Shown in pieces: positions 9,435 to 19,407 of a stretch of 64,000 nucleotides of DNA. Source of the DNA: an uncultured Gemmatimonadales bacterium. Its GTDB lineage: Bacteria; Gemmatimonadota; Gemmatimonadetes; Gemmatimonadales; GWC2-71-9. Within the stretch, counting starts at the first letter, position 1, and the number at the start of each line of letters is the position of its first letter. Location of the stretch: assembly GCA_963846545.1 (NCBI GenBank), contig CAWJWG010000001.1, forward strand, positions 2,442,055 to 2,506,054. Direction: 5' to 3'. Under the pieces are notes generated by a model. That model worked only from the letters and a program-made list of their open reading frames with translations. It ran no database searches and was not told the DNA's origin. The translations under genes and the position numbers were made by a program.

Positions 9435-11753
9435 CCGGTCACCTCCCGCGCCCACCCTCGCACCCAGCTTCGCCGGTCAGTCAGCAGTCGCTCCAGCGCG
9501 GCGCGCGCGGTGGCGTCGCCCCGGGCAGCCAGCGCCGCCAGCGCCGTGACCGGCAGGGGCTGATCCCCGGCGATGGCTTCGAGCTCGGCCACGAGTCCCG
9601 AGTCGGGCCGCTGCACCACCGCCGAGATCGCGGCGTTCTGGATGCCTTCCTGGTACGATCGGGTACGGAGCCCCTTCAGGACCAGCTCGCGGGATGCGGC
9701 AGGCGCGAGGCGAGCCAACCCGGCCAGCGCCGCCGCGCGCACACGGTCACTCGGATCCCGCACCCATGCCCCCTTGAGCAGCTCGGCCACACCTTCCCCG
9801 CCCACCCTGCTCAACCCCTCGACCGCCGCACGGCGCACGCGCGCGGAGGTGTCGACGAGCGCGCGCTCGAGCGCCGGCCGAGCCCGCTCGCCGGCGAAGC
9901 GGCCCAGCGCCGTCGCCGCGTCGGCGCGGGTGAGGTCGTAGTCCGCGGACGTCGCCGCCTGCGCCAGCGCCGCCGCCGCCAACGTGTCGCTCGTCCGCGA
10001 GGCGAGCTGACCGATGGCCCAGCTCCGGTTCCAGAGGTTGGGGTGACGCTGCAGCAGAGTGGCGAGCCAGCCCGTCGGCTGCTGGAAGGCGAGCGTCTTG
10101 ACCACGGCATTCTCGTCGTCGAACACGACCATGGTGGGTGCTCCGCGAACTCCCTCGATCCGCACCGCCTGTTCCCGCCGGTCGATCACGACCCGCGTCA
10201 CCACGTCGCCTGTGGGAGTGCCGACCCGGATCGCCACCGGCGCGCGGAAGGCCTGGGGTGTGGAGAACCGCACGCCATCGGGCCCGGGCGACGCGGTGTC
10301 GGTCTGCGTCTGCCGCACGGTCAGCGTAAGCGCGGCGGAGGCTGAATCCCAGGAGGCCGATATGTCGAACTCGGGGTGGCCCGCCTGGTAGATCCACTGC
10401 GACCAGAACCAGTCGAGACTCTCGCCGGTCGCGGCGAGCACAGCCTGGCGGAGATCGTCGCTGGTCGCGGTGGCGTAGGCGTGGTCGGTGAGATAGGTCC
10501 GGATCGCGGCCCAGAAACGCTCCGCACCCAAATGCTGCTTGAGCATCTCCAGCACCAGCGCGCCCTTGGGGTAGACGACGCTGGAGTTGTAGCTCGCCAA
10601 TGGCGTGCGACGCTTCGCATCGCGTCCGAGGTACTGGCGGTATTCCTCGAGGTAGAAGTCCTCCTCCGCGTGGCGGCCCAGCTTCGCGCCCCAGTACTGG
10701 CCGGGCATGAACTGCGCGGCCCCCTCGTGCAGCCAGTAGTTGGCCCAGTTCTCCGCCGTCACCAGGTTGCCGAACCACTGGTGCGCCAGCTCGTGCGGCA
10801 CGAGCGTGTGCTGGTACCAGGGCCGGTCGCGGTAGGCGCGCGGGTCGGGCAGCCAGTCCACCAGCGTCGTCGCCCCCACGTTCTCCATGCCGCCGATGAA
10901 GTCGGCCACGGTGGCCTGCGCATACCGGCCCCAGGGATAGCGAACGCCGGTCAGCCGGCCGAATGTCTCCATGACGTCTGGGGTGATGCCGAAGAGCGGA
11001 CGGGCGAGGGCGCTGTCCTCGGGATAGACGTAGTACTCGAGCGGGACGTTCCGCCACCGGTCGGTGACCTTCACCAGCCGGGCCGCGACCAGCGAAATCA
11101 GGTAGGTCGAGGCCGGCTTCTCCTGCGTCCAGTGCGTCGTCCGGAGTCCGCCCGGCACACGGCGATCGCTCACCATGCGCCCGTTACTCACCACGGTGAG
11201 CGGCGCCGGGACCGTCGCGATGACCTCCCACGTCGCCTTGTCGTGCGGCGCGCCGTAGGTGGGGATCCAGCGCGGATTGCCGTCGGTGCCCCCGCCGCTG
11301 TACACCTGCTGCGGACGGTGTGGGCGCCCCGGCTCCGCCTTGAAGAAATAGAGCCCGCGTCCCTGCGCGATCCGCGCATGATAGGAGACCGTGAACCGCG
11401 CGGTGTCCCCGAACGCTACGGCCGACGCGAGACGGACCACCAGTGAATCGCCGGGCCGGTCGTACCGCAGCGCGCCACCCTTGGCCGTCACCGCTCGCAC
11501 GTCCAGCCTGCGCTCCATGTCGAGCACCACCCGGTCGAGGCCGGGCCGTCGGGAGACGAAGGTGGTGGTCACCCGTCCGTCGAACGAGGTCGAGTCCCAG
11601 TCGAAGTGCTCCACTTCGATGCGCTGATGGACCAGGTCGTAGTCGTGGGACGGTGAGAAGCTGCCATTCACCACGCGCTCGAGATTGGTCTGCGCGGACA
11701 GGGTTCCGACGGGGAGCAGCACGATCGCGATGAGCGAGCGCGTCGAATCGCAC
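9416..11753 (-). CDS. M1-family zinc aminopeptidase with C-terminal HEAT-like repeats (5' end apparently disrupted by a 1-nt indel)
   Basis: GGMEN exopeptidase motif, [10 protein letters not shown]-x18-E zinc site, and a C-terminal Ala/Arg-rich helical-repeat region. The only plausible start is GTG 11753, in a neighbouring frame. Confidence 0.8.
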
Positions 11754-11802
11754 GAGAGTGCCGGAGAACGGGTGGCGAAAGCGGTCGTGTCGGTCGGTCG
11801 GA

Positions 11803-12445
11803 CTACGCGAACAGCGAGAGCTGGGAGAGCGGCGCGAAGGTGAGGCGGTGATGGCGGGTGGGACCGTGGATGCGGAGCCCGACCTGATGCTCCTCGGTGC
11901 CGTAGCCCACGTTCGTATCCCAGCCGTAGCCGGGATAGCGCGGGGCGAGCCGCTGCATGAGGCGGTCCCGGACCGTCTTGGCGAGCACCGCCGCGGCCGC
12001 GATCGAATGGCAGCGCGCGTCGCCGTCCACCAGGGCCTCGTGGTCGAACCCGATCTCGGGGAGCGGCAGTCCGTCGATCAGCACGCGGTGGGGCATGCAT
12101 GCGGCCAGCGGGCTCTTGAGCAGCACCCGGGCGATGGCGCGGCGCATGGCGAGGGCGGTGGCCACCCGGATGTTGAGCCGGTCGATCTCGCGGCTCGAGG
12201 CCGCCCCGATGGCGAAGCAGAGCGCGCGCTGGCGGATCAGGAGCGCGAGGCGCAGGCGGACGCGCGCGAGGCAGCACCTTGCTGTCGCGCAGCCCGCGCA
12301 CGGCGGCGCACCGGACCGGAAACACGACGGCCGCGGCAACCACTGGTCCAGCCAGTGGGCCGCGGCCCGCTTCATCAACGCCGACGAGCAAATACTCGTC
12401 GGCCCAGGCCGCCCGCTCCCGCTTCAGCGAGGGGCGTACGGCCAT
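11803..12445 (-). pseudogene. rnhB: ribonuclease HII, interrupted by a +1 frame change (possible sequencing error)
   Basis: The N-terminal part ([23 protein letters not shown]...RGLRDSKVL) lies in the frame of 12445. The rest ([20 protein letters not shown]...[21 protein letters not shown]...[13 protein letters not shown]) lies in the frame of ORF 11803-12378. Confidence 0.75.
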
Positions 12446-12449
12446 CGTC

Positions 12450-12797
12450 TCAGCCCTCGCGCTTCTCCCGGATGCGCGCGGCTTTGCCGCTCAGCGCCCG
12501 CAGATAGTAGAGCTTGGCGCGGCGGACCCGGCCGCGGCGGACCACCTCGACCGTGGCGATCGTCGGGCTGTGCATCGGAAAGAGCCGCTCGACGCCGACG
12601 CCGGCGGAGATCTTCCGCACGGTGAAGGTCTCGCTGATCCCGCCGCCCCGGCGGGCGATCACCAGACCCTCGAACGCCTGCAGCCGCTCCTTGTCGCCCT
12701 CGCGGACGCGCACCATGACGCGGACGGTATCACCCGGGTCGAACGGAGGAATGTCCGTGCGCAAGCCCTCACGGGCCACCTCTGCCAGCCGCTCCAT
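12450..12797 (-). CDS. rplS: 50S ribosomal protein L19
   Basis: Internal ATG at 12797. The sequence MERLAEV...[59 protein letters not shown] is typical L19. Confidence 0.95.
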   Translation of the reverse strand: MERLAEVAREGLRTDIPPFDPGDTVRVMVRVREGDKERLQAFEGLVIARRGGGISETFTVRKISAGVGVERLFPMHSPTIATVEVVRRGRVRRAKLYYLRALSGKAARIREKREG

Positions 12798-12874
12798 TGG
12801 TAGATCCTCCGCGCGGTTATGCGCTTGAACTTGGTGTACTGCCCTGCCGTCCGCCACCCGGGGACTTCCCGAGC

Positions 12875-13576
12875 CTACTGGCCCTCGCGGGCCTCCTGCT
12901 CCTGGTGACGCTCCCACAGATCGGGCCGCCGCTCCTTCGTGACCTGCTCGGCCTGACCCTGCCGCCACGCGGCGATCCGCGCGTGATCGCCCGACAACAG
13001 CACCTCGGGCACGGCGAGACCCCGATATTCCGGCGGCCGCGTGTAGCTCGGCGGGCTCAGCAGACCCTCGTAGTGCGAGTCCGAGCTGGCCGACTCGTGG
13101 TCCCCGAGCGCTCCCGGCAGGAGCCGGACGACCGCATCGAGCACGCAGAGGGCCGCCGCCTCACCGCCCGACAGCACGAAGTCGCCGACCGACAGCTCCT
13201 CGGTGGCCAGCCGCTCCGCCACCCGCTGATCGACGTCCTTGTAGTGCCCGCAGAGCAGCGTGAGCCGCTGCCCCACCGCGAACCGGACCGCGTCGTCGTG
13301 GCCGAACCGCCGGCCCCGCGCCGAAAGGAGCACCACCGGCCCCGCCGGCTCGAGACTCTCCACCGCCTCGAAGAAGGGCTCCGGCTTCAGCACCATCCCC
13401 GCGCCGCCGCCGTAGGCGTAGTCATCCACGGTCTGGTGCCGATCGTGGGTGAAGTCGCGCAGCTGGACCAGATTGTACCGGACCAGTCCCGCCGCCGCCG
13501 CGCGCCCCGGGATGCTCTTGGCCAGGAACGGGGCGATGACTTCAGGGAAGAGGGTGACGACGTCGATGTTCAGCAT
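12875..13576 (-). CDS. trmD: tRNA (guanine37-N1)-methyltransferase
   Basis: [12 protein letters not shown]..., [38 protein letters not shown]. Conserved rimM-trmD-rplS order. Confidence 0.9.
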   Translation of the reverse strand: MLNIDVVTLFPEVIAPFLAKSIPGRAAAAGLVRYNLVQLRDFTHDRHQTVDDYAYGGGAGMVLKPEPFFEAVESLEPAGPVVLLSARGRRFGHDDAVRFAVGQRLTLLCGHYKDVDQRVAERLATEELSVGDFVLSGGEAAALCVLDAVVRLLPGALGDHESASSDSHYEGLLSPPSYTRPPEYRGLAVPEVLLSGDHARIAAWRQGQAEQVTKERRPDLWERHQEQEAREGQ

Positions 13577-13582
13577 ATCTAC

Positions 13583-13610
13583 GTTGTCATCCTGAGCGGA
13601 ACGAAGGAGC
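13583..13610. repeat. half copy of a REP-like element (GTTGTCATCCTGAGCGGAACGAAGGAGC)
   Basis: 26 of 28 nt identical to 34891-34918. Lies between the rimM stop and the trmD start. Confidence 0.65.
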
Positions 13611-13615
13611 ACGCT

Positions 13616-14143
13616 TCACTCCTCGATCAGTCCCTCCGGCGGCGTGACCACCAGTCTCCGCGCCTGCCGGTCCACTTCGCACACGAACTCCTTCTTGTAC
13701 GGCAGCAGGAACTCGCGCTTGGGTCCCTGCACTTCGATCATCACGCCGGACGGCAGCTCGTACACCGCGCTCACCAGCCCGAGCGGCGACTCGTCCGGCA
13801 GACGGACCGAGAATCCCTCGAGCTCGTGGAGGTAGACCTCATCCCCGGCCGGAGGCACCAGCTGATCCGACGGCACCGCGAGGAAGAGCCCACGCCACGG
13901 GTCCAGCGCGTCCCGGCTCTCGGCCCCGGCGAACTTGATCAGCCACTGCCGGTGGTACGATCGGCTTCGCTCGATCGTGAGCGGTCCGGCCACCGTGGCA
14001 CCGTCCAGCCCCACCAGCCACACCTCCCGGCCGGGCGCGAACACCGTGCCGGGGTCGTCGGTGAGCGGGAAGAGGGTGGTATCGCCTTTCAGACCGTGCG
14101 GTTTCCTCAGCCGGCCCACCACCAGGTGGCGGGCGTCGGGCAC
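13616..14143 (-). CDS. rimM: 16S rRNA processing protein RimM
   Basis: GTG start overlaps the rpsP stop by 1 nt. VVGRLRKPHGLKGD motif and a PRC-barrel-like C-terminus. Conserved position. Confidence 0.9.
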   Translation of the reverse strand: MPDARHLVVGRLRKPHGLKGDTTLFPLTDDPGTVFAPGREVWLVGLDGATVAGPLTIERSRSYHRQWLIKFAGAESRDALDPWRGLFLAVPSDQLVPPAGDEVYLHELEGFSVRLPDESPLGLVSAVYELPSGVMIEVQGPKREFLLPYKKEFVCEVDRQARRLVVTPPEGLIEE

Positions 14144-14406
14144 TAGACCGCGGTCGGCTTGAAGACTCCGGCCTGCTTGAGCAGCGACTGCACCGTGTCC
14201 GACGGCGTGGCCCCGCGCGCGATCCAGTTGCGCGCCTTGTCGGCGTCCAACGTGACCTTGTCCGCGATGGTCACGCCCTTGGGGTTGTAGGTGCCGATCA
14301 CTTCGATGAAGCGCCCGTCGCGGGGCGACTCCTGGTCCGCCACCACGATCCGATAGAGCGGCAGCTTCTTCCGTCCGACGCGACGCAGCCGAATACGTGT
14401 TGCCAT
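14143..14406 (-). CDS. rpsP: 30S ribosomal protein S16
   Basis: MATRIRLRRVGRKKLPLYRIVVADQESPRDGRFIEVIGTYNP. Confidence 0.95.
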   Translation of the reverse strand: MATRIRLRRVGRKKLPLYRIVVADQESPRDGRFIEVIGTYNPKGVTIADKVTLDADKARNWIARGATPSDTVQSLLKQAGVFKPTAV

Positions 14407-14428
14407 GTGCGTTCCTGTGTGTGCGGGG

Positions 14429-15775
14429 TTACCCGGGGAAAGGGCCGCGGCCGAACGGGAGCTTGAGTCCGCCCACGCCCCCGGTCTTCCCCACCGTCTT
14501 CATGACCTTCTGCATCTGCTTGAACTGCGCGAGCAGCGTATTCACTTCCTGCACCGTGCGTCCCGAGCCCTTGGCGATGCGAAGGCGGCGCTGCCCGTTG
14601 ATGATGTCCGGGTTGGTGCGCTCCTTGGGCGTCATCGAGAGCACGATCGCCTCGACCTGCTTCATCTTCTTGTCGTCCACCTTGGCCGCCTGGAGCATCG
14701 CGGGATTCACACCCGGCAGCATGCCCAGCACGTTCTTGAGCGGACCCATCTTCTGCATCTGCTTCATCGCGCCGAGAAAGTCCTCGAGGTCGAGGCCCTT
14801 CTTCGAGGTGACCTTCTTGGCCAGCCGTTCGGCTTCCTTCTCGTCGACCACGCCCTGCGCCTTCTCCACCAGCGACAGGATGTCGCCCTGCTGCAGGATC
14901 CGGCCGGCCAGCCGGTCGGGGTGGAACGGCTCCAGCGCGTCGAGCTTCTCGCCGACGCCGATGTACTTGATCGGCGCGTGGGTGACGCCGTATACCGAGA
15001 GCGCCGCGCCACCGCGGGCATCGCCGTCCATCTTGGTCAGCACCACGCCGGTGATGCCGAGCGCGTCGTGAAAGCCCTTGGCGATCCGGACCGCGTCCTG
15101 GCCGGTCATCCCGTCGGCGACGAGCAGGATCTCGTGCGGCTTCACCGCGGCCTTGAGCCGGGTGAGCTCGCCCATCATGTCGTCGTCGATCTGCAGCCGG
15201 CCGGCGGTATCCACCAGCACGGTGCGCGCCCGCGCCTTGCCCGCCGCGGCGATGCCATCGCGCACGATACGAACGACGTCCTTCGATCCGGTGTCCGCGT
15301 GCACGCCGACGTCGATCTGCTTGCCGAGCGTCTGCAGCTGCTCGATCGCCGCGGGGCGATACACGTCCGCCGCCACGAGGAAGGGCGCCTTCTGTTCGGT
15401 CTTGAGCCGCCGCGCCAGCTTGCCGGCCGTGGTGGTCTTGCCCGAGCCCTGGAGCCCGACGAGCAGGATGACCGTGGGCGGCACCGTGGCGAACGTGATC
15501 GGCGCCTGCTTCTCGCCCAGCATGACGACCAGTTCGTCGTAGACGATCTTGACCAGCTGGTGCCCCGGCCGAACGTCGGTCAGCGCGCTGACGCCGATGG
15601 CCTTGGTCTGTACCCGCTCCAGAAAATCGCGGGTCAGATCGAAGCTGACGTCGGCCTCGAGGAGAATGCGCCGGATCTCCCGGAGCCCCTCCTTGACAGC
15701 GTCTTCCGTAAGAACGCCCCGGCCGGTGAGGTTCCGGAGCGTGGTGTTCAGCTTGGCGGAAAGCTCGTCAAACAT
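14429..15775 (-). CDS. ffh: signal recognition particle protein Ffh
   Basis: Start MFDELSAKL at 15775. GTPase motifs GLQGSGKTTT, DTAGR, TKMDGD. Met-rich M domain. Confidence 0.95.
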   Translation of the reverse strand: MFDELSAKLNTTLRNLTGRGVLTEDAVKEGLREIRRILLEADVSFDLTRDFLERVQTKAIGVSALTDVRPGHQLVKIVYDELVVMLGEKQAPITFATVPPTVILLVGLQGSGKTTTAGKLARRLKTEQKAPFLVAADVYRPAAIEQLQTLGKQIDVGVHADTGSKDVVRIVRDGIAAAGKARARTVLVDTAGRLQIDDDMMGELTRLKAAVKPHEILLVADGMTGQDAVRIAKGFHDALGITGVVLTKMDGDARGGAALSVYGVTHAPIKYIGVGEKLDALEPFHPDRLAGRILQQGDILSLVEKAQGVVDEKEAERLAKKVTSKKGLDLEDFLGAMKQMQKMGPLKNVLGMLPGVNPAMLQAAKVDDKKMKQVEAIVLSMTPKERTNPDIINGQRRLRIAKGSGRTVQEVNTLLAQFKQMQKVMKTVGKTGGVGGLKLPFGRGPFPG

Positions 15776-15848
15776 AAGCCCGTAAGCATAACCGGGGGAC
15801 GGGTTTCTATCAAGCCGACGGTGGGGGAATCGGGCGCTGGGAGCGGGA

Positions 15849-18011
15849 CTACAACTGGTTGAGCAGGGCCTGGTAGCGAGGCTGGTCCCGCAGGTTGACC
15901 AGGTCCGCGTCGTTTTCGATCCACTCGCGGTGGCCAAATCCGTTCTGGGCAGCCCGTTCGAGCAGCTCGAGTGCGCGGGACACCTGTCCCTCGACAGCGT
16001 TCAGGCAGGCCACGTTATAGAGCACGGCCGCGTCGCCGGGATCGAGCGACAGCGCCCGGTCGCCCCACTCCAGCCCCTTCTCCCGCTGCCCGAGGCGGCA
16101 CCAGCAGACCGCGCCCAGATACAGCGCCCGGGGATCGTCGGGGTTGAACTCCACGTGGCGCTCGGCGTTGCGGGCCCCCCGTCGAAAGCTCTCCTGCGCC
16201 TCGGCCTCCCGGCCGAGCGCGACATAGCACATGGAGCCGATGGCGGGGGCCTGGTAGTCCTCGGGACGCACGACCGAGGCCTGCTGGAACAGCTTCGCCG
16301 CCTCCTCCAGCTTCCCCTCCGCGAACCGCCCGCTGGCGTAGTAGAAGAAGCCTTCGTAGAGCTTGGGATCCAGGCGTATCGCGGTCTCGAACTCCCGGTT
16401 GGCTTCTTCGTGCTGCCCACTCAGGGTGAGCGCGAGCCCCCTGGCCGAGTGGGCCTCAGCCAGATCGGGAGCCAGCTCCAGCGCCTTTCGACTGGCGGAT
16501 TGCGCCTGCTCCAGGTTGGCGGAGCTGGCGTCGAAATAGCGGTGGAGCTGGGAGCTGCAATCGGCGATGCCGGCGTACGCCCTGGCGTAACCGGGATCGA
16601 TCTCGATGGCCCGGGTGAACATTCGGCGGGCGAACTGAAGTCCCTTTTCTCGAAGCTGGTGGACGAATTGCCGGCCCCGAAGGTAGTACTCGTAAGCCTC
16701 CACGTTCTCGGCCCGCGGCTTCTCGATCGCTCGCCTCTCGTCCTCACTGAGCACCAGGCGCAGGGCCTTCACGATGTTCTCGGCGATCTCGTCCTGCACT
16801 GCGAAGACGTCCTCCAGGTCGCGGTCGTAGCGCTCCGACCAGAGGTGGTAGCCGTCGGCCACGTTGATGAGCTGCGCGGTGATCCGTATCCTCGGCCCGG
16901 CCTTGCGGACACTTCCTTCCAGTACGGTGCTCACGGAAAGTTGTTCGCCCACCCGGCGGATGTCCTGGCTCTTTCCCTTGAACGCGAAAGCCGAGGAGCG
17001 CGAGGCTACCCTCAAGGCGTCGATCCTGGTCAAAGCGTTGATGATTTCCTCGGCGATCCCCTCGCAGAAATAGTCCTGATCCTTCTGGGGGCTCATATCG
17101 GCGAAAGGGAGGACCGCGATCGATTTGACGGCGGGGTGCTGGGAAGTCGCCGTGGTGAGGACGCCGCCGGACCCAGGGCGCCCCCGAGCCGAGAAGGCCT
17201 GGGCGAACTGGCCCGCCGTGGCGAACCGCTCGACCGGATCGCGGGCCATCGCCCGGAGCAGGGCACGCTCCACGTCTTCCGGTACCTCCTGCCGCAGCTC
17301 CCGGATCGGCTGTACCGGATCGGTGAACCGCCGCACCATGATCGCCTGCGCGTTGGGGCCGGTGTAGGGCGGCTCGCCGGCGAGCATCTCGTGGAGCAGG
17401 CACCCCAGGGAGTAAATGTCGCTCCGGCCGTCCAGCTCCTGCTCGCCCGAGGCCTGCTCGGGGCTCATGTAGGCCGGGGTGCCCAGCGTGGCGCCGGTCT
17501 GCGTGAGTGTTTCCGCTCCCCGCGCGCTCAGGGCCTTGGCGATCCCGAAATCGGCTACCATCGCCTCGCCCTCGTGCAGCATGACGTTCTCGGGCTTGAT
17601 ATCGCGATGCACCACGCCCTGCGCGTGGGCGTATCCCAGGGCGCCGGCGATGTCGCCCGCGATGCCGAGGGCGTCGTCCAGCCCCAGCCGCCGCTCGCGG
17701 GTGAGCCGCGCCCTGAGCGATTCGCCCTGGACATAGGGCATCACGTAGTAGAGCAGCCCGTTCGACTCACCGGAATCGATCAGCGACAGGATGTGGGGAT
17801 GGTTCAGGCGGGCGGCGATCTGGACTTCGCGCTGGAACCGGTCGAATCCGACGTTCACGGCGAGGTGCGGGTGCAGGATCTTGACCGCCACCGGCCGTTG
17901 ATGTTTCACGTCCTGGGCGAGGTAGACCGTCGCCATGCCGCCGTGACCAACTTCGTGCTGGATTTGGTAGCGATCGGCCAGAGCCGTCCGAAGTCGCTCA
18001 TCCAGCTTCAC
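15849..18011 (-). CDS. Ser/Thr protein kinase with central TolB-N-like module and C-terminal TPR repeats
   Basis: GHGGMATVYLA...VAVK, HRDIKPEN, DFG, SPEQ. Followed by IAVLPFADMS...F.EGIAEEII and then multiple TPR-like repeats. Confidence 0.9.
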   Translation of the reverse strand: MKLDERLRTALADRYQIQHEVGHGGMATVYLAQDVKHQRPVAVKILHPHLAVNVGFDRFQREVQIAARLNHPHILSLIDSGESNGLLYYVMPYVQGESLRARLTRERRLGLDDALGIAGDIAGALGYAHAQGVVHRDIKPENVMLHEGEAMVADFGIAKALSARGAETLTQTGATLGTPAYMSPEQASGEQELDGRSDIYSLGCLLHEMLAGEPPYTGPNAQAIMVRRFTDPVQPIRELRQEVPEDVERALLRAMARDPVERFATAGQFAQAFSARGRPGSGGVLTTATSQHPAVKSIAVLPFADMSPQKDQDYFCEGIAEEIINALTRIDALRVASRSSAFAFKGKSQDIRRVGEQLSVSTVLEGSVRKAGPRIRITAQLINVADGYHLWSERYDRDLEDVFAVQDEIAENIVKALRLVLSEDERRAIEKPRAENVEAYEYYLRGRQFVHQLREKGLQFARRMFTRAIEIDPGYARAYAGIADCSSQLHRYFDASSANLEQAQSASRKALELAPDLAEAHSARGLALTLSGQHEEANREFETAIRLDPKLYEGFFYYASGRFAEGKLEEAAKLFQQASVVRPEDYQAPAIGSMCYVALGREAEAQESFRRGARNAERHVEFNPDDPRALYLGAVCWCRLGQREKGLEWGDRALSLDPGDAAVLYNVACLNAVEGQVSRALELLERAAQNGFGHREWIENDADLVNLRDQPRYQALLNQL

Positions 18012-18058
18012 TGAGGAGTGTCCCGGGTGAGAGTCACCCTAGGATACTGCTGGGTTGC

Positions 18059-19384
18059 ATGGGGCGCTACTTTCTCGGCATGAACCGTCCGATCCCGGAC
18101 CCGCGCACCGGGTCCTTCGCGCTCCGCCCGCCGCCCGACGCCGACGAACGGCAGCGCCAGCTCGACCGGATGAAGCGGCGAGCGACCGGGCTCCTGGTGG
18201 TGATGGCCGGGGTGTTCATCGGAACCCTCCTGCTCGAGCCCAGCCACCCCTGGCTCGGGTACGTGCGCGCCACCGCCGAGGCGGCGATGGTCGGTGGTCT
18301 GGCGGACTGGTTCGCGATCACCGCCCTCTTCAAGCACCCGATGAACATTCCCATTCCCCATACCGCCATCATTCCGACCCGCAAGGATCGAATCGGACGC
18401 ACCCTCGGCAATTTCGTCCAGCACAACTTCCTCTCCGCGGAGATCCTGGGTCCCAAGCTGCTGGCCGTTCAGCCCAGCCGCCGGATCGCCGAGTGGCTCC
18501 GCCGCCCGGAGAACGCCCGCTCGCTGGCCGGGCACGCCGCCTCCGCGCTCCGGAGCGCCACCGAGGTGGTGAAGGACGAGGACGTGCACGCGCTGCTCGA
18601 GCGCAGCGTGATCGAGCCGCTCCGCCAGCGCCCGATCGCGCCGGTGCTGGCCAAGGGGCTCATGCTGCTCACCGCGAATGACCGGCACCAGCAACTGCTG
18701 GACCGCGTCATCAACGGCCTCGCCGGCCTCATCGTGGAGAACGAGCCCTTCATCCGCGGCCGGATTCAGGCGGAGAGCCCCTGGTGGGTGCCGGCCTTCG
18801 TGGACGAGAAGGTGCACGCGAAGGTGGTGGCCGGGATTCAGCGCACGCTGATCGAAGTCGCGAGCGACCCGTCCCACCCGATGCGGCGGCAGTTCGACGA
18901 GCTGCTCACCGACTGGATCGTGCGACTGCAGGAGTCACCGGAGGCGATCGCCCGGGCCGACGCGCTGAAGCACCAGCTCTTCGACCATCCCACCAGCCGC
19001 CGGCTCAGCGCCTCGCTCTGGGACGAGGTCAAGCAGGTCCTCGACCGCCAGTCGGAGTCCGATGCCGATGCCACACCCGGCGCCCTCGACCGGGGACTCA
19101 TCGCGCTCGCCGACGGCGCGCTGGAGGACGAGGCGTTGCTGGCGAAGGTGGACGGCTGGATCGTCGAGGCGGTGCTCCGGATCGTGGACCAGCACCGGCA
19201 CGAAGTGGGACGGCTGATCGAGCACACGGTGAGCAACTGGGATCCCCATGAGACGTCGAAGCGGCTGGAGCTGGCGGTCGGCCGCGACCTCCAGTTCGTC
19301 CGGATCAACGGGACGCTGGTCGGCGGCTTGGTGGGGCTGATCCTCTACACGGTGTCTCAGCTGGCGGGCTACGGAACCCGCTGA
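18059..19384 (+). CDS. DUF445-like membrane-associated protein
   Basis: ADWFAITALFKHPMNIPIPHTAIIPTRKDRIG and a C-terminal INGTLVGGLVGLILY segment. The start could instead be 18080. Confidence 0.75.
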   Translation: MGRYFLGMNRPIPDPRTGSFALRPPPDADERQRQLDRMKRRATGLLVVMAGVFIGTLLLEPSHPWLGYVRATAEAAMVGGLADWFAITALFKHPMNIPIPHTAIIPTRKDRIGRTLGNFVQHNFLSAEILGPKLLAVQPSRRIAEWLRRPENARSLAGHAASALRSATEVVKDEDVHALLERSVIEPLRQRPIAPVLAKGLMLLTANDRHQQLLDRVINGLAGLIVENEPFIRGRIQAESPWWVPAFVDEKVHAKVVAGIQRTLIEVASDPSHPMRRQFDELLTDWIVRLQESPEAIARADALKHQLFDHPTSRRLSASLWDEVKQVLDRQSESDADATPGALDRGLIALADGALEDEALLAKVDGWIVEAVLRIVDQHRHEVGRLIEHTVSNWDPHETSKRLELAVGRDLQFVRINGTLVGGLVGLILYTVSQLAGYGTR

Positions 19385-19407
19385 CCGGCTGGGGGCAGGG
19401 CCGGTCG

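Noticed and set aside
9416-12445. Single 1009-aa ORF suggesting an RNase HII-aminopeptidase fusion.
   Set aside because: The middle roughly 170 aa are Arg/Pro-rich out-of-frame read-through of rnhB. The true rnhB C-terminus is in another frame and stops at 11803. The apparent fusion is an artefact of a frameshift plus the lack of stop codons.
15930-18014. 694-aa ORF antisense to the Ser/Thr kinase. Similar long antisense or out-of-frame ORFs occur at 283-1122, 12797-14146, 14405-15862, 25594-27888, 35002-36846, 37037-38497, 44257-45798, 51792-53810 and 61873-63051.
   Set aside because: They are typical shadow ORFs of a high-GC genome. Their composition is Arg/Gly/Pro/Ala/His-rich and low-complexity, with no motifs. 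Each lies opposite or overlapping a gene with unambiguous conserved motifs.
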